This document shows, one piece after another, positions 1 through 9,114 of a stretch of 64,000 bases of DNA. Numbering within the stretch: the first letter of the stretch is position 1; every line of letters starts with the position of its first letter. Made by a program: the position numbers and the translations under genes. Source of the stretch: an uncultured virus (IMG/VR IMGVR_UViG_3300040815_001293) (taxonomy: Duplodnaviria; Heunggongvirae; Uroviricota; Caudoviricetes); the IMG/VR virus record IMGVR_UViG_3300040815_001293; one strand, written 5' to 3'. A model generated the notes under the pieces. The model was given only the letters and a program-made list of their open reading frames with translations. It was not told where the DNA came from and searched no databases.

Positions 1-1635
1 AGTTGTGTCAATTAAATCAACAGAACCTGAACTCATGTTACCTGAGTTTAATAACGCAAGGTCTTTTTTAAATTCTATAATAGGACGTTTTGCTCTATTG
101 TTTTGATCAATAACTGCACTCTCGTTGTTATATCCTGCAATAGTAGTAATAACATCTTTGTGATACCAGTTATTATTTCTAGCCCAGGCGTTACTATCAG
201 CACTACCTATAGAACTAACTATATAATCTTTTGTTTCACTTGTTTCTAATTCATATGCAACATGACTGTCCTTTGGTACTAATCTAATAGATTCGCCAAC
301 GCCGTCTACAATATATGTTTTGCTTTGGTAAGATATAGGACTTACAGTTGTGTCAGTTTGTATATGCATACCATTTGAAAACACAACACCGTTAGGTGCA
401 GTATAATTCTTTTTACCAATAATGTCGGTAGTAACATCAATAATTTTTGTAGTTGCATCTAATAATTTAATCTCACCATACTTGCTACTGTCAGTAGGAT
501 CAACATAATAAAATGTACTCATAGGTGCCGTTACGGCTGGTACTTCTAATAAAGTTGTACTATCGGATGATCTGTAGTATTCGAATGTGCTAAAGTTTTC
601 GCCTTCTTGTATTTGGACTTTTTTATTAACTCCAATAAGTGTAACACCTTGTAAACTAATTGTGCCACCACTTACTAAAATTCTAAATACTTGAAACTTG
701 TCATCGTTAGAAAATGTATTAGGCCATGCACTTGATGTATTAACATCAGCAGAGAAAATAATAGTTTTATTTTCTAAATATAATTGTCCATCAATACCAC
801 CTGCATCCATTACAGTTTGCACAGATGCTCCATCTAAACTTTCGTAAGTATACTCACTACATCTTAAATCAACATCAGAAACATTTACAACAGTTTTTGT
901 AAAAAAGTTTTGGTCTGTTGATTGAGGTACATTAAATGTAAGTGTGCCAGTTGATGTTCCATTATTAGTAACTCCATAAACATCTCTTGTACTTCTATTG
1001 AAACTAACTGCACTTTTGCCTGTAGTTCCTAATTCTGTTTGTATCCAGAAAGGATTAGTTTGATCTATTGCAAAATTGTAACTACCTCCACGTACTAGAT
1101 AGATAGTTGGATTTTTTGTAGTTCCGTATGTTGGTGTTACTGCATAATTCTTTGCAGTATTAGTTACTGTAAAATCTTGTGTTGTTGGAACTTCTGCCGC
1201 AGTAATGTTAGCAGTACCTGGTCCACTTGGTAACCAATAATATTCTCCAAAGTTAATTAATTTATCGTAATTAACGAAGCCGTCCCAATTATAATACTCT
1301 TGGTCAAACAGTCTACTATGTTTATTTGTTTTTCCACCTGCCTCTTTAATAGCATTAAGTAAGTCATCATATGTAATTAATGATTGTACTTCTTTTTTAA
1401 CATCTTTATATACAACACTTGGCTCTAATTGATATGATGTTCTATATTGTCCAACTGTTGTTAAGTATGGATCTTTAATAGAATAACTTGGCCCAAAACG
1501 TCTTCCAACGTAACCATCTACTCTTTCTAAACTTTTAGAATTAAGTAATTGGTCAAGTGTTGAATGTAAGAACTTTTTGTTCTTATCTGTTTGTAACCAC
1601 TTGGGTAGGAAGGATGCGGATTTACGTTTTGCCAT
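1..1635 (-). CDS. Large baseplate/virion structural protein, N-terminal part; runs off the window start
   Basis: Not in the ORF track. ATG at 1635 overlaps the TAA of the gp6-like gene. It reads MAKRKSASFLPKWLQTDKNKKFLHSTLDQ...YYNWDGFVNYDKLINFGEYYWLPSGP and appears open to base 1. Position after gp6 suggests a baseplate wedge subunit. Confidence 0.75.
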   Translation of the reverse strand, partial: MAKRKSASFLPKWLQTDKNKKFLHSTLDQLLNSKSLERVDGYVGRRFGPSYSIKDPYLTTVGQYRTSYQLEPSVVYKDVKKEVQSLITYDDLLNAIKEAGGKTNKHSRLFDQEYYNWDGFVNYDKLINFGEYYWLPSGPGTANITAAEVPTTQDFTVTNTAKNYAVTPTYGTTKNPTIYLVRGGSYNFAIDQTNPFWIQTELGTTGKSAVSFNRSTRDVYGVTNNGTSTGTLTFNVPQSTDQNFFTKTVVNVSDVDLRCSEYTYESLDGASVQTVMDAGGIDGQLYLENKTIIFSADVNTSSAWPNTFSNDDKFQVFRILVSGGTISLQGVTLIGVNKKVQIQEGENFSTFEYYRSSDSTTLLEVPAVTAPMSTFYYVDPTDSSKYGEIKLLDATTKIIDVTTDIIGKKNYTAPNGVVFSNGMHIQTDTTVSPISYQSKTYIVDGVGESIRLVPKDSHVAYELETSETKDYIVSSIGSADSNAWARNNNWYHKDVITTIAGYNNESAVIDQNNRAKRPIIEFKKDLALLNSGNMSSGSVDLIDTT

Positions 1636-4600
1636 TAATAGCCAGAGCCTCCAGAGCTAGTTGTATTAGTCATGTTTTGTGAAATGCTTGATGTCGTTGC
1701 TGTTCCAGTGTTTACTGTTCCAGTTGCTTTAATACCTGCGGCTGTAATTGCATCAATGATTGTAACATCATTAACTGTTGCCGCATTGGCAAATATTTCA
1801 TCATGCTCACAACTTATTTGATATAAACTACCAAACCCTTGTGAACTGTCATTAGGAACTAGTACTACACTGTTTAAGTACGGTGTAAGAGCTGAATGCA
1901 AGTATGCACTTAACTCTGAGAAATAAAATGTTTCTCCAAAGTCCCAATTTGAAACTTCAAAATATTCGTTTAATGCCGCTACTAATTTTGACTTGATTTC
2001 ACTATCACTAATACTAAAGCCTGGATTCTTAACTACTTTAAATGTTGCTTGTAGGTTCGATGATGCTTTTGTACCAAATAATGGTTTAAATTTTGCACTG
2101 TGTAGAACAAGTGCGTCACTTAATGTTTTATAGCCTTCTAGTGTACCAAACTGTGAACGTAAACTGTTAACTGTTGGTTTAGTTGGCTCAGTTACAGTAT
2201 TTGTTGTATCTGTAATGTATTGTGTATACGAGTCGCTATAATTTTTAGTTAATACAAATATATCAATAATATTACCTGGGCTCGGATCAATACGTCTGTC
2301 ATTTGGTGCATTGTGTGTATAATGGAATTTAAGTCCAGCTCTTCCTGTATATACTTTATAGTCTAAACTTTCAACTAATGACTTAACATTATTATTTTCT
2401 GTTACTATATAAAATTTATTATCTGTTACTGCATACAATACTGAGTTTGTAATTAAACTATTAATAACACTTTCAATATTTGCTTTTGTTGAGTAATCAT
2501 GATTAATAACTGAATCTGCAACTGTAACATATTTGTTAAAGTTATCATAATCTGTTTGACGTTTTAAAAATACAAATTTTCGTAAATTGTTTGCCAGTGT
2601 AGTTGATTCGTTACCTACTACTTCGTCAAATGCATTTGGGTTATCAATAACGCCGTCATCATCATTGTCAGCGAACGTAACTAAAATTTTTGTATTGTCT
2701 TTATATCCGTCTGTATCTGTTACAACACCGTACACGTTGAATGGAATATTTCTTACTAATGGAGTATTTGCATCTGGTTTTGTGTTAATACCTAATACTT
2801 CAATATTATCTTTTTTACTTAATCCAGTTACTGGATCAAAAATTTTACTTGCTCTATCAAAGTAGAAACGTGTTTCTTCTACACTACTAAAGAAATATTC
2901 TAAACCTCTATATGCAACATTATAAATTGCTCCGTCAGTTGTAAATTTAACTAACCAACTTGCGTCTTTGTTTGTATTTGTTTTATCTTTTGCATAAGCA
3001 TTATCAAATGTATTTGATACACTAATATCTCTATTAGAAATAATATACCAAGTTCCTGCTAGGTGATCAAAGCCTAATGCAAAATTTTTATATTGTTTAA
3101 TGTTTGTAAATAGTTCACTTTCAATTGCTGAAGGTAAATCAGAAACGAATGTTGGTAATACTTTTGAAACTATTGCACCTGTTGGCACATTTTCATTTAA
3201 ACTTACTGCTCCTACATATGCAGTAACTTTACCATCATTAACACCAATACCGTTATTGTTAATACTAATAACACCTGCGTATGCTTTATCTGTACTTCCT
3301 TTGTGGTTTGCACTACCTGACATTAGTGTGCCGTTTTCCATAAAGTGTTGATCAGCAGGTGCAGTGAATGTTACAAGTCCAGCATTTTTTAAGTACTGTA
3401 AATTATTACTACTTACACTACCTACTTGTGCTACATTGTTTTCATTGTCATTAAAGTACCCGGTGCTTTTATTTGCACCTACACTAACTCTTTGCCAAGT
3501 TGTATTAAGTGAACTAACATCTACTTTAGTAAAGTTTTTAAAATAAAAGTGTTCCATTTCTTTACTTCTAAGAACTGGTTCAACTGTATTTCTAATTGCA
3601 TCATAAATGTCATTGTCATTAATCCAATTGAATGTTTTATTTTTTAAGAATTCGTTTTTATAAATTGCACCGTCATTAGAAAAAATGTTTGTACTAGAAT
3701 ATTTTCCAGTTACATCTTTAATGTCTAAGAATCTACTAATACCACTACTTGTTCTGTTTACACTTTTACTTTTAATAATATTGTTAAAGTTTGTTAATGG
3801 AAAAATGTTATAATCTTCGCCATTAACCATTCTATTTTGTGTATAGTATTGTTGTGGTGCTTTTAGTTTAATATCTTCAAGAGTATCTCTTGCTGTTGCA
3901 TTATCGATAGTATATTGTAAACTTAAACCAACTGTTAAAGTTTCGACACTACCTGTTCTGCTTACATAAGGAATATCAATTTTAATTCCTCTAATATCGT
4001 TAGGCTTAACTCTGTATGTTCTTCCATTACTTACTCTGTGATAACTTCTAAAGTTACCAACTGGAATATCAGCAAATACACCATCACCAAATAATAAATC
4101 AATTTGGTCATTTGCTCTGCCGTTAATTGCATAAAGTGAACGAACATTTTCACTTAAACTATTGTATATAACATTAGCACCTGTTACTGCTGGAACTTTT
4201 GTCCATTCTGTACTAACGTTTCCGTTGTTGTCTAAATTAAATAACCAAACGTCATCATTGTTAATTCCGTTTTTGTCAACTTCTACAATACGATTACTTA
4301 ATGCATTTTGTAAATTAAATTCTACAGTTTCTAATGCACCTTGTTTAAAGTATACAAAGAAGCCTGTATTACTTGAACTTGCACCTTTGCCATCTTGTCT
4401 GTAAAACATATTAAATGTGTTACCTGGTTTAGGACTTTGTTCGTAAATATATTCTTTATTTTGAAATGTTCCGTTAACAACTTCAAATTTCATACTTTCT
4501 CCTGCCACGTCAGCAGTGAATGGTAATACTGGAATAGTATTTGGTAAAGTATTAATTTCGTATAATTCTGTTTTAATATCGCTTAATGTTTTTGTCAATG

Positions 4601-5120
4601 CAGGATTACCAAAACTTTGAGCACTTGACATTGCCGCATTTAAAATTACTGCAAAGTGTTCCAAGTAATCTGGGTTTGTACTATCATTATATACAATGAA
4701 ACTATCTGATAAGTTACGTCCTGAACTATCATAAACATCTTCAGTTGTTTGTATGTTAGCAATTTTTAACATACCTCTTGCTGGCTGATTTCTTTTAGGT
4801 TGATAACTTAAAAGTTTTGCTAAACGTAATACACTGTCTCTTCTTTGTGCTGTCTCTAAAAAGTTTTCTCTAGAGTTTAAATCTTGTCTAAATGCTAAAC
4901 TTTGTCCAAAGTATGCAATCAAGTCCATTAGAGCTACAAACTCTGAACTTTCAATGTAATCGTTAAAATCTTCTGGGTAATTATTGCGTAGGTACTGAAC
5001 CATCGTCGAACGCAAAGTTTCGTAGTCATAAGACTGAAAGTCTGCATCACGGAATGTCTGATAGATTTTAGTCCAATCTTCAGATACAAATAGACTATTT
5101 TGTCGCTTACTGGTGCTCAT
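1635..5120 (-). CDS. gp6: Baseplate wedge subunit (T4 gp6-like)
   Basis: N-terminal DYETLR...DFNDYIESSEFVALMDLIAY...ENFLETAQRRDSVLRLAKLLSYQP; FGDGVF and RMVNGEDY motifs; next to a gp25-like gene. Confidence 0.9.
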   Translation of the reverse strand: MSTSKRQNSLFVSEDWTKIYQTFRDADFQSYDYETLRSTMVQYLRNNYPEDFNDYIESSEFVALMDLIAYFGQSLAFRQDLNSRENFLETAQRRDSVLRLAKLLSYQPKRNQPARGMLKIANIQTTEDVYDSSGRNLSDSFIVYNDSTNPDYLEHFAVILNAAMSSAQSFGNPALTKTLSDIKTELYEINTLPNTIPVLPFTADVAGESMKFEVVNGTFQNKEYIYEQSPKPGNTFNMFYRQDGKGASSSNTGFFVYFKQGALETVEFNLQNALSNRIVEVDKNGINNDDVWLFNLDNNGNVSTEWTKVPAVTGANVIYNSLSENVRSLYAINGRANDQIDLLFGDGVFADIPVGNFRSYHRVSNGRTYRVKPNDIRGIKIDIPYVSRTGSVETLTVGLSLQYTIDNATARDTLEDIKLKAPQQYYTQNRMVNGEDYNIFPLTNFNNIIKSKSVNRTSSGISRFLDIKDVTGKYSSTNIFSNDGAIYKNEFLKNKTFNWINDNDIYDAIRNTVEPVLRSKEMEHFYFKNFTKVDVSSLNTTWQRVSVGANKSTGYFNDNENNVAQVGSVSSNNLQYLKNAGLVTFTAPADQHFMENGTLMSGSANHKGSTDKAYAGVISINNNGIGVNDGKVTAYVGAVSLNENVPTGAIVSKVLPTFVSDLPSAIESELFTNIKQYKNFALGFDHLAGTWYIISNRDISVSNTFDNAYAKDKTNTNKDASWLVKFTTDGAIYNVAYRGLEYFFSSVEETRFYFDRASKIFDPVTGLSKKDNIEVLGINTKPDANTPLVRNIPFNVYGVVTDTDGYKDNTKILVTFADNDDDGVIDNPNAFDEVVGNESTTLANNLRKFVFLKRQTDYDNFNKYVTVADSVINHDYSTKANIESVINSLITNSVLYAVTDNKFYIVTENNNVKSLVESLDYKVYTGRAGLKFHYTHNAPNDRRIDPSPGNIIDIFVLTKNYSDSYTQYITDTTNTVTEPTKPTVNSLRSQFGTLEGYKTLSDALVLHSAKFKPLFGTKASSNLQATFKVVKNPGFSISDSEIKSKLVAALNEYFEVSNWDFGETFYFSELSAYLHSALTPYLNSVVLVPNDSSQGFGSLYQISCEHDEIFANAATVNDVTIIDAITAAGIKATGTVNTGTATTSSISQNMTNTTSSGGSGY

Positions 5121-5175
5121 TTTTTAATATCCACGCTTTATTAATAGTATTTATTCGTATTATAAACTGGGTATA

Positions 5176-5553
5176 TTATACTTGAACTGCTGAAGTGGAA
5201 CGTTGGTCAAAATTGACTTTCATTGTTTCTACTTCATTAGTTTCAGCATATACCAAATCTAGTGCTACGGATAAACCATGTTCGTATTCGGCAACATCAA
5301 TATCTCTTAATACTACTCTAGGATCCTTAGCCACAATTTCCTGGAGGTTCTCAATTATATTGAATTTAGCATTATCAGTGAATGGATCAAACAAATATTG
5401 CCACACTAAACAACCAAATGTTGGTTGCATAACTCTTTCACCCTGTCTTGTATTAAAATGATTTAACAAGTCAGCACGAACTAGAGCAGTGTCTACAACT
5501 TCTGTACCACTAAAATTTCTACCTACTGATGAATAACCTTTATATATTGCCAT
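5176..5553 (-). CDS. gp25: Baseplate wedge subunit / sheath initiator (gp25/GpW family)
   Basis: TRQGERVMQPTFGC...LFDP...DPRV signature; 125 aa. Confidence 0.92.
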   Translation of the reverse strand: MAIYKGYSSVGRNFSGTEVVDTALVRADLLNHFNTRQGERVMQPTFGCLVWQYLFDPFTDNAKFNIIENLQEIVAKDPRVVLRDIDVAEYEHGLSVALDLVYAETNEVETMKVNFDQRSTSAVQV

Positions 5554-5570
5554 ACTACTATTTACCTACA

Positions 5571-5882
5571 TTAATCTGCCGCCAATGTGTCTGGACTACC
5601 TGTTACAATAGTTGCAATATAAGGTGCCTTGTTTGCAACGGCATCTCCTACTCTTGCTATTAATCTGTTATTTGCTATTTCTGTTGGACTACCTGTTATA
5701 ATCATTCCAGTATGCCCACAATCTGTTAAAACTAAATCACCAACTCTTGCAGTATTTTTTTTATTTGTAATTACATCGGGACTACCTGTAATAATTGTTC
5801 CACCTATTGTTTGTGGAATATGGCTTGGATGATAACAAACTCCGTGTGTTCTATCGCCTAATCTTGCTATTGGTCTTGCCAT
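5571..5882 (-). CDS. PAAR-repeat spike tip protein (gp5.4-like)
   Basis: Three repeats (IARLGD, TARVGD, IARVGD), each followed by ITGSP/VTGSP; Cys/His residues present. Confidence 0.9.
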   Translation of the reverse strand: MARPIARLGDRTHGVCYHPSHIPQTIGGTIITGSPDVITNKKNTARVGDLVLTDCGHTGMIITGSPTEIANNRLIARVGDAVANKAPYIATIVTGSPDTLAAD

Positions 5883-6886
5883 TATGTCACCATTCCATTT
5901 GATTTTGTATATGCTTCTGCTTCTGCAACTGTAGAAAACTGTTTTCTAATACCGTTGTGAACAACTTGATATCTACCTCTACGATCATCATATGTTACTA
6001 GTTTAGGTAATGATTTAAAACCACTAGCAGTTGGATTGCTCGGTTCATATACTGCTGAACTGATAGTTGGTGTCTTGCTGTTACTTGGCTTAGGTACAGT
6101 ATATTTTGTTTTTGCTTCTTCTACAACATCTCTTGCTCCAAACTTATTAGTTAAGTCTGTTTCACTTCCATATACTCTTACACTTTTCATTTGTTTTTCA
6201 AATACAGCATCACCACCATCACCTACTTTAACATCAACTTCAGTTAATACATCTCTAAAGTTTCCTGTTTTGTCAACATTAAAGTTTACCATACTGTTTC
6301 CATCAAGTTTTCTAACTTCGTCAGGTACTTTAATTCCGTTAGGTCCAGCCATGCCTTTTAATTTTCCAAGACTTGCTTTGTCTGTTACTGCCCTTGCTTT
6401 TATAATACTGTCGTTAATACCAGGTGTTATTTTATCAACATCGCTTTGTCCTATATCTCCTAAAAATGCTTTAGCCTCTAATATTACTGCATCAAGTTCT
6501 GCTAGTGCAATAATTTCATCTGCATTACCTTTTGCTAACGCATCAAGTCCTGCTGTCATTCCTTTTACACTGTTTAGTGCAACTTGAGTTACTGATTTTA
6601 AATCTTTAGTAGCATTATTCATAGCACCTGCTAAACTAACAGGTATTAGATTAGTATCAAAAATAGGAATATCTGCACTAGGATCTGCTGTGCCTGTTTC
6701 TTCTTTTATTTTGATATTTTTATCTTCACCATTTGGAAAACGTTTTTCAATATCTACAATTCTGCCATAGATAATAATATCTTCTGGGCCATTGTTGCCA
6801 AGATACTTAACTTGTTTACTAGGAAGTTTTCTATCGATGTTAAAGTTAACAACTCCCATATTTGGTTTTATCATTAATTCTTTCAT
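5882..6886 (-). CDS. Hypothetical protein in baseplate operon, two VNFN(I/V)D repeats
   Basis: 334-aa ORF translationally coupled to the PAAR gene. Confidence 0.7.
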   Translation of the reverse strand: MKELMIKPNMGVVNFNIDRKLPSKQVKYLGNNGPEDIIIYGRIVDIEKRFPNGEDKNIKIKEETGTADPSADIPIFDTNLIPVSLAGAMNNATKDLKSVTQVALNSVKGMTAGLDALAKGNADEIIALAELDAVILEAKAFLGDIGQSDVDKITPGINDSIIKARAVTDKASLGKLKGMAGPNGIKVPDEVRKLDGNSMVNFNVDKTGNFRDVLTEVDVKVGDGGDAVFEKQMKSVRVYGSETDLTNKFGARDVVEEAKTKYTVPKPSNSKTPTISSAVYEPSNPTASGFKSLPKLVTYDDRRGRYQVVHNGIRKQFSTVAEAEAYTKSNGMVT

Positions 6887-6889
6887 CTG

Positions 6890-7780
6890 TTATACCGCTA
6901 TTGTATCTGGCAAAGTATTTGGTTCAACTTTTTTGCCTAAATTTTTATCAAGTAGTGCTTGATCTCCGTAAATTCTAACTAGTACTTCTTTTGTTTCAAA
7001 TGGATCTTCGTTTTCGCCTGCCTCTAAATTTCGTACTTGAATTGTACGCATTACATCTCTAAAAGGTTTTTTACGATCAATATTAAAATTAACAAGTTGT
7101 CCATCGTCTTGCATACGTCTTGTATGACGTGGTACTTTACTTTTAGTATTCTTAGATAATGCACCTACATCACCTTCAGCATCAAATTCTGTATTAAGTA
7201 GTGCTTCTTGAATCTTTTTACAATTTAGTCCACCGGTTGCTGTAACAAAACCACCTAACTTTTCTGTACAAGTGTTTAGTTTGGTTTGAGCTTCTGCAAT
7301 ATTTTCTTGTAATAGTGTGCCAATATCTTTTCCTTCAACCTGTGCGGCTGTGCCGGCACAAGTGTTTACTTTAGCGGCTTTACCTTCTACTGCATCCATA
7401 TACTTTATCATAGCATCTTGCAGTTTGGCACTTAACACTGAATTACCTGAGCCGTTTAGTCTATTCATTAAATCGTTTACTGTGGCTATCTTAGATGTTG
7501 CTGTATCTTGCGATTGTTTTACTTCGGCAACTGCTTCTGTTAATTGTCCAGATGCATTTGCCATTGCTGTTAACATTTCAGTTGTTTTTTCTTCTGTCTC
7601 AGCCGCGGATACTGCCGTTTCTTGGTCAGGTGTCATTGTCCCAACTGTACCCATAACATTACAAGCATCTGTACCTAGACTTAAAACATCAGATGCTCCT
7701 GTGTTTATTTTAGCCAAGTTTGTAGAAACTACAGTATCTAAATCAAAGTTAAATGATCTACCTCCAAAATTAAATGCCAT
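6890..7780 (-). CDS. Hypothetical helical protein in baseplate operon, one VNFNID repeat
   Basis: 296-aa ORF directly after the gp5-like gene, with a GGAG RBS. Confidence 0.7.
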   Translation of the reverse strand: MAFNFGGRSFNFDLDTVVSTNLAKINTGASDVLSLGTDACNVMGTVGTMTPDQETAVSAAETEEKTTEMLTAMANASGQLTEAVAEVKQSQDTATSKIATVNDLMNRLNGSGNSVLSAKLQDAMIKYMDAVEGKAAKVNTCAGTAAQVEGKDIGTLLQENIAEAQTKLNTCTEKLGGFVTATGGLNCKKIQEALLNTEFDAEGDVGALSKNTKSKVPRHTRRMQDDGQLVNFNIDRKKPFRDVMRTIQVRNLEAGENEDPFETKEVLVRIYGDQALLDKNLGKKVEPNTLPDTIAV

Positions 7781-7782
7781 AA

Positions 7783-9114
7783 TTATTCTCCTCCTCTATT
7801 CCAAGGCTCGTGTTCTGGAACTGTTGTACTTGTACTATTAAGTACGTCTCTATTATTGTTTCCAGTTAATAAATCGTTTCTAGTTGGTTTAACTGCGGCA
7901 TTGGCTTCTGGACCGTTTAATTCTATATTCTCATCAGCACTTGTTAATCTTATATTAGTACCAGATTTGATATGATTTTGTGCGGCACTTTCATTGTTAG
8001 TACCTAATTCACTGTACATATCAATCCCACCTGCATCTGCTTGTACTTTAATACCACCAGCACCCATTGAACTTACATTGATTCCGCCTGTTGCTTCCAT
8101 ATTAATATTACCACCTGCGTGTACATTAAAGTTACCTTCACTGTGTATGTTTAAACTGCCTTTATTGTATACATGAATATCACCGTTATTGGTCATTTCA
8201 ATCCAAGCATTACCACTAGCAGTACCAACGTATATCAATCCATCTGTATCGTTTAATAATATTTGATGACCTGTGCTTGTACGCAAACGAACTAATTTAC
8301 TATCACCATTAACATCTCCGTCATCTAAAACAAAACTATGTCCTGGAAAACGTTTTCTAATTTCTAAATCTTCAGCAGTTGCTTCACCTGATTGCATTCT
8401 TGATTTTAATGCACTATCGGTAGCAGGATCTTTATCTCCTCTACCTGGTGTACTAATTCCAAACACTGCACTATTGTTTTCTCTTTGCGGTGTACTAAAA
8501 CTTTGTCCTCTAATAGTATCTCCTAGAAGACCTTGTCCTTTTAAAATTCTTGCTAGTTCAATGTTAACTGGTCTGTAAATTCGATGAGTTTGTTTTGTAT
8601 CTCTTTCAACTTTAGTATTAAATTCTAAAACAGGTAAAAAATGTTCATCGGGATTATATCCTGGAAACTCTGTTTCTACTTCTGCTGTTTTAATCCATTT
8701 TTTACTACTAGCCAAGCCAGGTGTCATATGGTTTGCAACATCGTCGATAATCGAGCCTATTACAACTCCGTTATTCTTTTGTCCCTGAATAAAGATAACA
8801 AGTACTTTACTTTCAGGATCGGGTAACGTTGCCCACATACCATAACTGTATACTCCTGAACTTTCTTGTTTATCTATTAATTTTTTATCTGTTGTTCCTA
8901 AGAATGGACTCATATATTTTACAGGTGTCCAACTTCTAGGATCAGAAGGTATACCTCCTAGTGCAGGAATATAAACATCCATACGTCCAGTTCTTCTTGT
9001 GTCACTATTATTTTTAACAAATCCTTCATAAGGACCAGGATCAACAATAGCGCCTTTTTTATTAACGTCTAAGTCTGGATTAATTTTATTAATGTATTGT
9101 TGGAATGTTGGCAT
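7783..9114 (-). CDS. gp5: Baseplate central spike (gp5/VgrG-like OB fold plus beta-helix), no lysozyme domain evident
   Basis: GRMDVYIP...W...SPF...YGMW..P...VLV.F OB-fold pattern; GHSFVLDD...RLRTSTGHQILLND; C-terminal repeats such as GNFNVHAGGNINMEA; PAAR gene downstream. Confidence 0.8.
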   Translation of the reverse strand: MPTFQQYINKINPDLDVNKKGAIVDPGPYEGFVKNNSDTRRTGRMDVYIPALGGIPSDPRSWTPVKYMSPFLGTTDKKLIDKQESSGVYSYGMWATLPDPESKVLVIFIQGQKNNGVVIGSIIDDVANHMTPGLASSKKWIKTAEVETEFPGYNPDEHFLPVLEFNTKVERDTKQTHRIYRPVNIELARILKGQGLLGDTIRGQSFSTPQRENNSAVFGISTPGRGDKDPATDSALKSRMQSGEATAEDLEIRKRFPGHSFVLDDGDVNGDSKLVRLRTSTGHQILLNDTDGLIYVGTASGNAWIEMTNNGDIHVYNKGSLNIHSEGNFNVHAGGNINMEATGGINVSSMGAGGIKVQADAGGIDMYSELGTNNESAAQNHIKSGTNIRLTSADENIELNGPEANAAVKPTRNDLLTGNNNRDVLNSTSTTVPEHEPWNRGGE

